Positions 11,701 through 24,825 of a stretch of 64,000 bases of DNA are shown here, piece after piece. Both the position numbers and the translations under genes were made by a program. The stretch comes from Dimorphilus gyrociliatus (taxonomy: Eukaryota; Animalia; Annelida): contig CAJFCJ010000006.1 of the NCBI GenBank assembly GCA_904063045.1, positions 992,001 to 1,056,000 of the forward strand, in the 5' to 3' direction. Position 1 is the stretch's first letter. The number at the start of each line of letters is the position of its first letter. Under the pieces are notes generated by a model. It was not told the DNA's origin. It saw only the letters and a list, made by a program, of their open reading frames with translations, and did no database searches.

Positions 11701-14700
11701 AAAACCTACTTTAGTATATAATAATGCATATTTGATAGATACATCATATTAATATTAAAGGTAGAAAATACTCTTAGTAGAATACTCAAAGAAACATACG
11801 TAAATTTATAGGCTGGAGATGACGTACACAGACTTAGCTTACATACTAAAAAGGATGTTAACTCCATAAGACGCACACACATATATATATATATTGCATA
11901 TATACACGGAAAAAAATGCAGTACAGTTGCGTACATTTACTTGTTAGCACAGAATCACACAACATGTATATCTATATATTATTGGATACAATCAAACATA
12001 TTCCGTGTCCTATTCCTTTATATAACATTATAGTATATCAAAAATATATAAAGCATATACATATACAGTATATACAGCATAATATAATTTATATAGTATA
12101 TGTGAATATATATATATATATATATACTGTATACTGTATGTAGGTCGCATTATACAGACGACGACGTCAGATGCGACGACGTCGGTGCAGTGCCGGTGCA
12201 TTTTCGTTGGCGAAGCGTTTGGCAGTGAGACGCTCTTCAAAGACAATTAATTAGACAGGGAACGAAAAAAAGATAACAAAAATTTACTGTACTTTAGTAA
12301 AGAAATCGTAACGTATGTGAAGGTTTTAAATTTGATGGATAACTTCTATTATTGCTTTCTTGTGGAAGGGGAAGATGGGGACGATGAAGAGTATATATAC
12401 ATTTATTTATATTTTATATTAATACATTTATAAATATATATATATATATATATATAAATTTATATACAGTATATATATGTATTCTAATTTGACTTGTATA
12501 GTACGCATTTATAAACTATTATATTATTTTTCTTAAGATATTGATTACCTATTGATATTATATCATATAATTTATTGTACTTTATTTTTATTATAAAGAT
12601 TATACATATTTAGTTAAATAGATATTTAATATAGAGAATTTATTATACTATCCCATATTTGTTTTTTTTGCAAAGCTCTATATTCTATATATATACATTT
12701 ATATATATATATATTTTTATATTGCCATATGCAACTTCTTTTTCCTAAAGTAACTTAATTATAGTTTTATTATGGCTGTCTCATTTTTTTCAGGTGCGAC
12801 GTTTCTTTGTCAATTCGTAATTATAGGTAAGATATTTTTTCTTAAAATTTTTTATTATGAAAAAATTATTGATAGTCTGTCTATTCGCCTGTCTCTTCGT
12901 CTGTCCCTTTCTCCATTTCTCTTTGTATGTCTTGCTGTCTTTCCCGCACGCTCATTCATTCATTCATTTCTGTATGTTTCTATCTGTCTTCTTCCTTACT
13001 TTCATTCATTATTTCCCTTATAAACCTACGTACAAACATACGCACACGTACACAGATATTTAACTATCCTACATACATAAATGGATACAATGTTTCTATT
13101 CTCTCTTTTTCTCTCTATTTCCTATTGAATGAAACAAGAGAAAGCGCGATTGAAATGAGAGAAATGAAATAAAGTTGTGAATATGTTAGTGTGAATAAGT
13201 TTACGCAACGACAAGATGATGCAACATTTGTCAGGCTTCGAAGCTCATCCATGAGAGACGTAGTTTTTGACAGCTTTCTCATGAGTAGATGATGTCCAAG
13301 TAATTCCAACGGAAAATAACATATAATAACACTTAGGCCTAAGTGTCGTGCAAAATATATTTTAACTGGAAGCGACAAGAACGTGACTATACTGTACCAT
13401 ATGGAAGTAGCTCCGATGCCAACAGTCGCGTACATATTCGTACATGTGCCTTACATAGATGTCATATAGAATTTCTTTAGTTTCGTTGAAAAAACTAATT
13501 GAGTCTATTAATCCTGAACTATGACTATCTAATTATTGCCCAATTGATATCATATATCGTGTATAGACCTCTTTTGATTTTTCTACTTTTAGTGTCACCA
13601 GTAATTAAGATCAATTTCAAAGTTACGTACAGCTCTTGCGTATTTTACCCCCTTTTGCAGTTGAAATTTGCTAGAAAAACGCTAGGTGTCGCTGACCAAA
13701 AATATACATAGTTCGATCTCTAAAAGCTTAGTCATCCCTGTAAATCATCATATAGTGTGGTATTAGAGGCATTTAGATCAATACGGCAGTCGAGCCAAGT
13801 CACACTCTATACCACAACAGAAGGGGAAAATAAATCTGAAGAATGAAATCTTTAGTTTCGCCGCCAACTGCCCTCAATTGAGCTGTGAAGCGGATTGAAG
13901 ATCAAACGGAATTTTTTATTAGGCCTACGTAGGCAAAGAGGATTATCACCAACCATATACAGTACATTTATATATATATATATATATATAGTATATATAA
14001 TAATAATAATATTATAGTATTTTTTTAAAGTTAAAAATAGCATATTCCATACATTTTTAATACAAAATTTAATTTTAAGCATAAATAGTAAGTAGATATA
14101 TTAGTATGTAAATATACATACATAGTTATACATATACGTACAACAAGTATATTTGTATATATATATATATATATATACTTTATACACGTGTGTATTTATA
14201 TTATATGTATTTATATGGAACTTCCAAGACTAGTAAAGATATTTTTATTTCTTAAGGAATTAACTAAAAGACTATATATATTGACATGAATAATCATATA
14301 TAAATATACTATATATAAATATATATATATCCAGATAAATATAAAAAAAATATATGACGACTGTATTGGGTTATGTTATTCAAGATTTGTACATTTAGTA
14401 TGATTTGTTTTTCCGCATTTCGACTATAATATTGTTAAATATTGATTGATTAACGGATGAAGTTTCTATAATGCTGTCCTGTGTACGAAAACGTAAAATA
14501 ACGGATTATGCTCCATTATGTAAACTGTCCGATAGACAGAAGTGTTCTTGCCATCCTACGCAGGCGTCACTTCAATACAGACGTTCGTTTAAGGACTGGT
14601 GGCGTTTTCACATTCGTAGGTTTGTCAATTTTTTCCTTATTGTTCTTTTGTAGTTCGTTTTGTCACTGTTATTGATTACCGCTAGTCATTTGACGGTTAG

Positions 14701-17700
14701 CGCGTATCTTTCTTACATTTAGTACAGTCATTGTTTGCTTATGCGTAATATTAGATTCAGTGACATCCTAAGCTAGGATGAGAAAGTGGATTACTGTTAC
14801 TACCTGCGCCATCTACTGTCTATGAAAGGCAGTGGAAAAAATTCAGGGTCACGTGATACACCGACCCTCGCCTCCTTCATCAGACAGGCTATTCGCTTTA
14901 AAGACAGTTATGATACCGTTGACGATTATTCAATTAAACGACTCGTATATAGAAGTAGTATATTTCTAATATCAAACATGATCTATTTCTTATTTACAAA
15001 GATTAAATCTATAAATAGATAACAATGTAAGTATATATACTACTTTTTTATCACTAAAAATTACGCGTTTGTCATTTGTCAAAGTTTCGTGCAACACTAT
15101 ATCCAAAAGTAAACATGCTTAACGCGTCGCACGTTTAAAGAGATTAATGAGCGAAGGATAGCGATATACACCTACGCTCTAACGTCGATTATCGTTCATC
15201 ATTTAACGTATTAATTACATATGAGGCAATGTCAGAAAATTTTCTTGACACTAAATCAAAAGATGATGCTTGCTTATTTACGTGATATTTTATATCTTTT
15301 CACAAACAGGAAAAACGGTATGGATGGACAGTTATACTGTGAAAAACACGCCACGTCCAACCAACCCACGACATCCGATGAGAACGAAGCAAAGGTTAGT
15401 GCTTTCATAGGCCTGTAGGGGTTAAAGTTAACACGTGACGCTTTTCTTTGAGAAAATATATTTAAAAAAAAAAGAAAAAACTAACCTCAAACACTTTTCT
15501 AAATTGTTTACTTTATTTTTTTCTTTTTTTTTTTTTAATAAAACAAAACTATTCTTTTTTTCTTCTTTTGCTTTCTTCCTTCTTTTCCTACTTTTCTTTT
15601 AATTTTTAATTTTTAATTTTTTTTTTGTCTTTTTTTTTTAAATTTGTTCAATTTTTGTGAACAGAATCAAGAACAGTTCTTTGATTCGTTGGCCAGGATA
15701 CAAGGGTGGGTTACCAAACAAATTTTTACCTATTTTTCTTACTTTCTACTTAATTATGGCTATGTATATATATGGCTTAATAATAAATAATGAGCATTGC
15801 ATGTGTTTATCTTCTCTTAAATGGAGAAAAAGACTACTTCTCTCTTTTAAATATATAAATATATACAGTATATATATATATATATATATATGTATATACA
15901 CTTACATGATATTTTTAGTTATTATATACAAAGAAAAATCTTCTCTTAAATCCTTTAATAACTTATTTATAATACAGAAAAAGATTGAATGACCAACGCT
16001 GCGCACTCCCTGCTTTCTTTCAGGTATATAAAAATCCATTTTGCTTATTACTACTTTTATTATGACTTTCTATTAAGAGATGTAAGAAAAAAAGAAAGGT
16101 AGAAACTATAATTAATACGAAATGTTAAAAAGAATACGACTATGTCTATTTCACCTATGTTAATTTTAATATCTTCTTTAATTAATATCTAATTATGAAA
16201 GAAGATCCTTAACTTTTTATACTAATATATTTATAAACAAAAACCTACTGAAACATGTTCAGAGTCCGGATTTTATTGAGGCTCTACTCCAATGGCAAAG
16301 TCGGAGGATTGACGAACAACGATGCGAATTGGTTCGTGCAGATTGTAAAACACCTTCCTTATACCTCGTCTACATCTTACCTTTTTTATTATTTATTTAT
16401 TTGTTTATCTACCTAAATACGTACATAGCTCTTCCTACCAGATCATTTATCCGAATCTTTTTTTATCTATTTATAATTTTTTTTATATGTTCCTCTATTG
16501 TTATCTTCTTCTATTACTTACGTGGAGTGGTAATCATTTTGTAACCTTATTTTTTGACCCACTTTTTATTGCTTAAAATAGATCAAAAATGTAATTATTC
16601 CTCCTTTTTACTTCCCTTTAATAGAAAGAAACGTATTCACCGAAAGAGCGAGAAGATAAACAACCCTCCGTAGTAATACTAAGTAAACGGAACGCTGATG
16701 AGACGCTATTAAAAAAGGTAAATTAAGTTCTTGGAGAATTTGAAAGGAAATTACCTTAAAAGAGGAATTTTTTTAAGATTTTGACTACGGAGGGTCCTTA
16801 TCCAATGATTGTTATGCCTGAAAAAGGTGGTTACTGGATAGAAGAGTGTGGAGAATCGTCTGGAAAATATGAGCTAAAAGTCGATGACACAACCATCCTT
16901 TATCGGAATTGCTTCTTGGGAAAGGAGCATTTTAATTACTATGGTGTAGATGATAAACTTGGCCCCCTCGTTGTGTCAGTGAAAAGAGAATCTAATAAAG
17001 ATTCTGATAAAGTACTTGTTATACTCAGGTTGGCTACTGCAAATAATAATAATAATAGTCATAGTAATAATAATAATAATAAAATACATTAAGGACGTCT
17101 ATTTAAATTATTTTGTAATCTAAACAGGATGAAACGCTCAACCGTCTACCGCCAATTTTCGGATAGCGAGTCCTTAAAAGCAAATACGAAGCAGTTAGTC
17201 ACCAAGATGTGCTCGGATATAACAACAGATAAATTTACACCAGTCCTATATCATAACGTATGTTGTTGGCTACATTCTGTGTTGTGCACATATTGTAATT
17301 AATTATCTTATCTTTTCGTAAGGCTTCTCAACGGATCGTTGAATACGATGAGCACGTAAAGATGAAAAACTACAAGATCGGTGTGATTTATCAGAAAAAG
17401 GGTCAGTGTAGCGAAGAAGAGATATTCGGGAATAGCTTACATACACCTGAATACGATCATTTCCTTAAGATAATTGGGCGTAGAATAAAATTAAAAGACT
17501 TTGAAGGTTACCGAGGAGGTTTGGATACCAATCACTGTCACACTGGAGAAGAGTCTGTGTACACGGAATATGAGGATAAACATATCATGTTCCACGTCTC
17601 CACCCTCTTACCACACGATTTCGATCCTCAACAGTTACAGAGGAAACGTCATATAGGAAATGATATTATAGCCATAGTTTTCCAAGAACCTGGTAGTGTT

Positions 17701-18495
17701 TTTGTTCCAACTCTAATAGCTTCCAATTTCCTCCATGCGTTCATTATTGTACAACCAGTGAGGACAAATGAAGGTTTAAAGTATCGCATTGCCGTAAGCG
17801 CTCGTGATGATGTTCCGCCATTCGAACCTAATTTACCAACGCCTTCACTTGTTCCCGTAAGTCATGTTTTTTCTTTATTCTTTTGTCTTTTCTCTTCGTC
17901 TTTTTACTTTCTATGACTAAAGAAAACTTGTAACAAATAGGAAAACCAACTACGAGATTTTATTATCACTAAGTTGATTAACGGAGAGAATGCGTGCTAC
18001 AAAGCTCAAATCTTTGCCAAATTGGGAGAGAGAACGAGAAGTGAATTATTGGAAACGCTATACGAAAACTTACATACCGCCAACGTACAAGCATTAGGTC
18101 CGCTCGCTGTCTCGGCCTCATCATCGTCGTCTACTTTATCGGCGCCCCCGAGCGCGGTATCAACGGAAAAAGAGAGTTTCTTCGTTTCTGTAAAAAGAGC
18201 GTTAGGAGGTAGTAAACGGAGTCAAAGCGTCGACTCGAATCTAGCGAATTCGAATAAGAAAATGAACAACAACAATGGATTTGTATCACCGCCTCTGGCT
18301 ACTGTCGGTGAGTCTGATAAACCACGAAAGAAATCAGAAAAGAAAAGCTCCAAAACAAGTGTTTCTAGCGAAACCAGGTACACAATTTTTACAATATTTC
18401 CCCATTACAACTCTTTATTTTCCAGAATGAGTTGTCGTTTGTAAAGCTAATCTTTGTATTGTCTTTATTTCAATATAAATATTTTGTGTATATTG

Positions 18496-18546
<51 letters not shown>

Positions 18547-19421
18547 ACAGTATATATATTGTAAAGATAAATTTACAATGTACAATTATGCAGTGTTGAC
18601 GTTGCAAGTTTGAGTTCGTATAGGACAGCATGTAGCAGTACATCTCCCAATTCCTTACTACCATCACCATATACGTCGTCTAGGTAGTTAATCAATTATT
18701 TTACTTTTTTTTCATTTAAATCATAATCTTGTTTATTTATTTATTTATTTATTTGTTATTATCATCTCTATTAATAATCAAAATTATTAATTATGTTTCC
18801 TTTTCTCTTTTTTCCCCCTCCCTCCTTCCTGACCGATCGTCCTCCTTTCTCTTTGCCGACAAAACAAAAACAATCAAAAAAATTTAAAAAAAAGGGTATT
18901 ATTTACGACGTCAAGTTCCAATAGCAGTTTTAACAGTAATGAAGACCTTTTGGAAACAACGAACGCCTTACAAAATCTAACAACCGAGGATAGCGATACG
19001 GGCATGGTAATTAAATATAATTAAATAATGAACAAACAAGGATTAATTACAGGAATAAACTTAATAATTTTTTTCTTTTGTCTCTTGTCCTTTTACGTAG
19101 GAGAGTATGTCATCTTCAGAAACTCCCAGAGATCTATCGAAACAGCTAGAAGAATTACAGAAAAAGTTGAAAAGGGTCAATGACGAAAATAATACGTTGC
19201 ACAAAAGATACAAGGTAATAATATAAATTACTTTATTTTATCTCTAAGATGAGGAGAGCTTATGGAGAAAACTAGCCTATTTATTTATTTATTTTGTTTA
19301 TTTACCTTAGTACGCTGTTGCTGAATTAAAAAGATATAAGGAATCAGAGAGAAAAACAATAGAAGAATTGGAACAACTCAGAAGCCAAATGGATCGCATA
19401 AGAAGTCAAAAAGAAATCTAG
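8776..19421 (+). CDS. RAP1GAP: Rap1 GTPase-activating protein with N-terminal LIM domain and two GoLoco motifs, about 918 aa (exons 8776-9208, 11370-11547, 12794-12826, 15310-15394, 15665-15705, 15978-16023, 16263-16331, 16625-16717, 16778-17028, 17128-17257, 17323-17856, 17941-18377, 18594-18683, 18895-19006, 19101-19214, 19311-19421)
   Basis: RapGAP motifs GPYPMIVMPEKGGYWIE, KIGVIYQKKGQ, RKRHIGND (catalytic Asn) and TKLINGENACYK. The spliced LIM reads CAICG..HTSCFKCTRC..LYCEKH. GoLoco-like EQFFDSLARIQGKRLNDQRC and DFIEALLQWQSRRIDEQRC. All phases are compatible and the exons sum to 2757 nt. The first exon is less certain. Confidence 0.85.
10630..10717 (+). CDS. Putative alternative first coding exon of the RapGAP gene (MEEFRKRSYTTSSALERLKDQGQQSKWLS)
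   Basis: ATG-initiated 88-nt open segment ending at a strong gtaaga donor in phase 1, matching the phase-1 acceptor at 11370. Confidence 0.5.
18502..18542. repeat. (TA)n microsatellite
   Basis: Uninterrupted TA run in a RapGAP intron; many shorter TA runs occur across the window. Confidence 0.9.
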
Positions 19422-19541
19422 TCATATCCTAGTCCTGCAGTTGTTCCTTCCTGTTCTCTCTTTCTTTTCTCGATATTTAAGTATATATATATATATAATA
19501 TGTATATTATATATTAAAAAAACCAAATTCTATATACAAAA

Positions 19542-19545
<4 letters not shown>

Positions 19546-19584
<39 letters not shown>
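19546..19584. repeat. (TA)n microsatellite
   Basis: Uninterrupted TA run downstream of the RapGAP stop. Confidence 0.9.
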
Positions 19585-19587
<3 letters not shown>

Positions 19588-19868
19588 AAACTACAAAAAA
19601 GATAATTAAGAAAAAAAAAACCATTTTAAATAATATTGATAATTATAATAATTATTTTAAATCGTGTTCCAAAAATGACTGCGTTAACTCTGTTTTATTT
19701 TCTCTCTCTGCTACAATTCTTTCAAATCACTTGAAAGCTACCTTAAGTTTATTTTTTTTTATGGTAACATTGGGAGCATTCGTGTATATATATATATTAC
19801 CTAACATATTAATAAATGTTGTGGGGTGCTAATGAATATTGTTAGAGAGATGGCAGCACAATCATAAA

Positions 19869-19911
<43 letters not shown>

Positions 19912-19912
19912 C
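19869..19912. repeat. Compound (TC)n-(TATC)n microsatellite
   Basis: Directly visible TC run followed by TATC units. Confidence 0.9.
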
Positions 19913-21224
19913 TCTATAGAAAAAAGAAACAATGTTCAGTATTTATTTATTTATTTTTTTAATTTTTGCTGAGTCAGTAATCTTTTTTTATAATTACTTA
20001 ATTGATTCACGTTTCCCCAATATTTATAAATTGTCACGAATCGAATTTAGCCAATGTCCTTGCAAACAGTTTTTTTTCTCTCTTTTTCTCTCTCTCTCTC
20101 TACTTAATCTAATAAAAAACGAAAAAAAAATCCTAAATAATCCCAATTAATTATTCAGCATATTTAAAAAAAGGTACAAAATTACTACTTAAATAACGTA
20201 TTCCATCTTTTCCTCCTCACTCACTCGCTCACTCATTATATCTTGCCTTTTTTTTTCCATTTCTTCCAGTCGTTCCCCATTCCACTCTTCTTCCTTCTTA
20301 TGATTGTCTCCTTGCTCTTCTCTAACCTCTTTTCAAGCTATCCCTTTCTTCATTTAAAGGTGAAAATTTTAGCAATTTTTTTTTATTTGACTAGATTTAT
20401 TTCTTCTTTAAGATTAAATTATAGATTTACTTCAAAGAAGAACTTTAATATAACTATAAAAAGGGATTCCATTGCGTAATAAATATGTACAATTTCTTTT
20501 CGAATGGAGGGAAAATATGCCTAAAAAGAGTAGCGTTTAGTCGCAATTTATTATCATCACTATTATTAGCACTATTAGACTCTTTTATTCGTTCTACCAT
20601 TTATTTCCAAGATTATTTATGCAACTATATTCATAAGGTAAAGGAAATATAATGGAAAACTAATGAATTCAGTTACAAAAAAAGGAAACCTCGTCTGAGT
20701 AAATAATAATTACGAATTAGGTTCGTAGATTGCTTGATCTTATGGAAAATAGCAAAGTTCATATACGATTTTCGACAAAAATCGCCATCTGGTGTGTATA
20801 ATACTTTGAAAATAGTTATGCTATTAAAGTTTATTGTAATCAATTTCCAATATTACAAGCAATTTGAAAGAGGCTTAGCTGCATTCAGTTCAGGGTTTAA
20901 CTGTATTCAATTCAGGGGCAAATGCTTTATTCATATCTACTGTAGTTATAGAAATAAGCTAGTCTTTTTAACTGTGACATTTTAGAATTACTTTTATCTC
21001 TGCGAATGAATCTCGAAATTGAATTTGTCATCATATTTACACAAAAAAGAAACTAACTATTCGTATCTCAAAGAGAAATATACTCTAACCTTTTTCTATT
21101 ATATATTCACAGGAAACGATTCGATTGATTATTTTCGATGATTAATTATCATTTTGAACAGAAATGAACAAAACTTGACTTTTGTTTCTATATTTTTTTT
21201 CTATGGCATTCGCACATTGATCTT

Positions 21225-22683
21225 TTAAAGTTCTTCTAGAATTTCATCGGCAATTTCTTTATAATAGTCCTTTGGTTTTATACATTGATCTAACGTATCC
21301 CAATGATATTCTGGTTTTGTATACACTTTCGTCCAATTTCTACTAGCATGAAGATATTCGCAGATATCGCACAAAAGGTTTTTATTATTGTGATGTACAA
21401 CTCTATAATCCTTTTTCCATTTAAAATACTCATTATAGGCCGTATCGTTTTTATCCAGGTATTCAATATACTTTGCCAATAACTTCGGTGATCTGAATGA
21501 TTTGACATTGATGAATGAATGTTCAGGTAGAATTTCTTCGTAGGCAACATTTCCTAAAACAATAGGGACAACATGATGTTTTAACACTTTATATGCCTTT
21601 TCGGTTATATAGTCAGTGCATAATGAATTCTCAAACGACAAATAGAACTTATACTTTTTGTCTAACATTTCATAACATTCATTATCAGATTTAGTTCTTT
21701 TACATTTGTATCGTTTATCCTTCCCGCAGGCTCCATACACGTGTATTGTCATATATTTAGATAACTGATTACCGTAAATTTCTCGTTTACTCTGGGTCTT
21801 ACAATGGCTCACAAACCAAGCAGCTAACTCTGTTTTACCTTCTGCATAATTTTTATTTGGTTGGTGGCCCTTTTCACCCGGAGGTTCGTAATGTCCGTAG
21901 GGTGAATAAACGTCAGAATGACGTTTAAATGTCACAGTACCGTTGAATTTATTACTCAATCTTCTTACATTCAGCAAGGCATGAACGTTTGATTCCATAG
22001 CGTGAATTAACCACTTTTGTTGGGGAGGTCGTCTGAAACTAGGAAAAAGTTTACTTTCTGGTAATGATCCAAATCCAGAATTGTGAAATAATACAGCATC
22101 TGCCGTCTTCAACTGTGACCTGTCGGCTGTTGCTGTGCATCTATCAATCCTGCATCCTCCTTTAATAAATGGTTGCCTACAAAAATTCGTTGAACCGCAA
22201 TTCAAGGAAACAATTATGAATAATAAAACAAAGCCCTTCTACTGCCCCCTCCATCCCCTCAAATATTTACCTTCCAAAACCGAATTGCCAGTCGCTTATA
22301 ACTCCATAAAAATGAATGTAATATAATATTGTCAAGACTTTTTTCTCCTCTCTTTGATCTTCAGGTATTGTTCCACTAATGTAGGATCTTCTATTTTTTC
22401 TCAGAGCATCAAAAAATTTCGGCCCTATTTTTGTGTTGAGGCTTGTGTTCTTTCCGGGTGAGTATTTCTTCCAGGGAAAAACAGGTTGTCGGTTTAGAAA
22501 GACGTAACGATTCAATTCCAGACTTTCTTCTTCTTGTTCAGACAGTTGAAACTTCTTAGATTTGATTAGACTTACCTGTTTCGTTTGACGAATTGCTATT
22601 ACAATTTTTACGAATTGACTCCGAAGTAAGACAATAACAATTAGAAAAGCGGTAATAAAAAATAAAGTGCTTTTCTTTCGCAT
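21225..22683 (-). CDS. Alpha-1,3-fucosyltransferase (GT10), about 454 aa (exons 22683-22271, 22176-21225)
   Basis: Type II N-terminal TM and the GT10 motif YKFYLSFENSLCTDYITEK, plus VPIVLG and SFINVKSF. A 94-nt intron joins FGFG-R-QPFIKGGC in frame. Confidence 0.92.
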
Positions 22684-22824
22684 TTTAGTATTTCCAAATA
22701 CACACAGTCAATAAACTGTTATACTGACGATAGTATTGAGAACATTCTCTATTGATTCATGTTTGTTTTCAGAGTGCCTAGCAATATGTAAATAACCTGG
22801 GTTTAAATTATACTTTATTTTCGA

Positions 22825-24470
22825 TATAGGCAATATGTTATAGGCCACCCTGTAGAATTTTAATTTTTGTAAATTTTAGATATGAAGATATTAGTGAATA
22901 ATTAGTTTGAATTGATAATAATAATTATTAATATGTACATTTTAATATCCTTAACAAAAAATTATCAAATAACAGTTTTTCTTTTATCAAATACGATTTT
23001 TGTAAATATACCTCGAAAAAAGGGGGCTCGTTAAAAAGGAGTCACGTTCTATTTTGTTAAATGTTTTACTTAAAAATCTATCTTATGACCTTGTTTTACA
23101 GCTGATATACATAGGTAATGATAATATATTATAAAATAATAGTAATAATAGTTTTAAATCTTTTTAATATTTTGTATGGCCACCCCTATTGAAAAGGCAT
23201 AGTCTCAGTCTCTTTGGAAAACTATTGAATAATTTTTTGATATATTCAGTTGGAATATTTTCGAATTCCTGCTCAGCTACCCTCCATAGATCATCTACAT
23301 TTGTGCACAGGTGTTTACTTACCCTACCTTTTAGAAATGACCACAAGTTTTCGATTGGGTTAAGGTCTGGACTCTGTGCTGGCCAGTCTTCCAGATACTT
23401 TACCCTCTCTTTCTTGAGGTAGTTTAGGGTACTCTTTGATGTATGGCAGGGAGCACCATCCTGCATCAAAATATGAGACCGATTATAATTCGGCAAAACG
23501 GATTTTTCAAGAATTTCCTGATATTTTTCGGAATTCAAGCTACCCTTGTACAGATGAATTCCTCTGCTGCCATCACTCTTTATAAATCCCCATATATTTA
23601 GGGAACCATTTGCCTCTTTAAAGGTTTTAATGCAATATTTGGCCTTGTACCTATCAGATGGATGCCTTCTGACAAACTGCCGTCGTTTTGGATATAAGTC
23701 TATCCTTGTTTCATCAGAAAACACAATGGCATTAATTTCATCTGTGGTCCAAGAGAGGAGTCTTTTGCAAAAATTGTGCCTATTTGATACATGCCTTTTT
23801 TTTAATAGGGGTTTTTTGGTTGCCACATAGCCTCTCAAGTTGTGCTTCCTTAAAATACTCTTGCATGTTGAAAGAGATATCACTGATGCAAAAAGAGAGG
23901 CTGATAAGATTTTTTTTGCACCCCAAAATGGATTTCTCTTTGATATCAGGCATAATTTTCTCTCATCTGCATCATTTAATTTGTGTGGTCTACCTGATTT
24001 TGATAAATTATCAATAGTTTTATGCAATTTGAACTTTTTCCAGATCCTCTGGGCACATCTGGAAATTTTTAGAACTTTCGCAGTTTTATTCAATGATAGC
24101 CCTTCTTGGTGTTTTCCAACAACCAAATGACGAAATCTATTATCAATTACCACCATTTTGAATAATAACCAAAGATACAATTATAATAAGACAATTTCCT
24201 TATTGATTAATGCACTTCAGCCCCCTAGTTTTCGATTTCTTAGAAAGTGACTCATTTTTGACGACCCCCCTTTTTTCGAGGTATATTTACAAAAATCGTA
24301 TTTGATAAAAGAAAAACTGTTATTTGATAATTTTTTGTTAAGGATATTAAAATGTACATATTAATAATTATTATTATCAATTCAAACTAATTATTCACTA
24401 ATATCTTCATATCTAAAATTTACAAAAATTAAAATTCTACAGGGTGGCCTATAACATATTGCCTATACTG
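22825..24470 (-). mobile_element. Tc1/mariner-superfamily DNA transposon with long (about 230 bp) terminal inverted repeats
   Basis: 22825-23051 is the reverse complement of 24241-24467; the outer ~200 bp appear identical. The right end is ..TATACTG followed by TA (24471-24472). A transposase ORF lies inside. Confidence 0.95.
23164..24156 (-). CDS. Tc1-like transposase, uninterrupted ORF, DD35E spacing
   Basis: SGRPHKL linker, TKKPLL, VFSDET, MQDGAPCH and WPAQSPDLNPIENLW. Probable ATG at 24156 (MVVIDNRF). Confidence 0.93.
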   Translation of the reverse strand: MVVIDNRFRHLVVGKHQEGLSLNKTAKVLKISRCAQRIWKKFKLHKTIDNLSKSGRPHKLNDADERKLCLISKRNPFWGAKKILSASLFASVISLSTCKSILRKHNLRGYVATKKPLLKKRHVSNRHNFCKRLLSWTTDEINAIVFSDETRIDLYPKRRQFVRRHPSDRYKAKYCIKTFKEANGSLNIWGFIKSDGSRGIHLYKGSLNSEKYQEILEKSVLPNYNRSHILMQDGAPCHTSKSTLNYLKKERVKYLEDWPAQSPDLNPIENLWSFLKGRVSKHLCTNVDDLWRVAEQEFENIPTEYIKKLFNSFPKRLRLCLFNRGGHTKY

Positions 24471-24825
24471 TATTACAATAAAATAAAAACTGGTTAATGT
24501 AAACTGAATATTCAAAAAACGCACAATTGGTTTTTTCCCCTTTTCCGTAAGATTTTCCAAATTACTGTAATCATACTAAAAAGTCAAAATATTCTTGTCA
24601 AATTTTTTCAGTATTTAAAAATCAAACACTTTTCCCTCGACTTTGAATATGTAAGTTTTTCCGCGGTTTTTTAAATGTCAAATTAACAACAACTGTAAAA
24701 AGTTAAGCGTTTTTCATAATTCTGTTAAATATAACTTCTTTATCCATAGTATTTTATCTAATTTTAGTTTGGCTTAAAATTCGTAAAAATGAACAGACTA
24801 GTAAATGAGAGACAAAAATAAAAGT

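Noticed and set aside
13752-13815. Short imperfect inverted repeat (possible MITE or pre-miRNA)
   Set aside because: Only about 11 bp of imperfect pairing, with no TSD or second copy.
17041-17082. Poly-Asn tract at the end of ORF 16781-17092
   Set aside because: It lies in the intron 17029-17127; it is an (AAT)n microsatellite, not coding.
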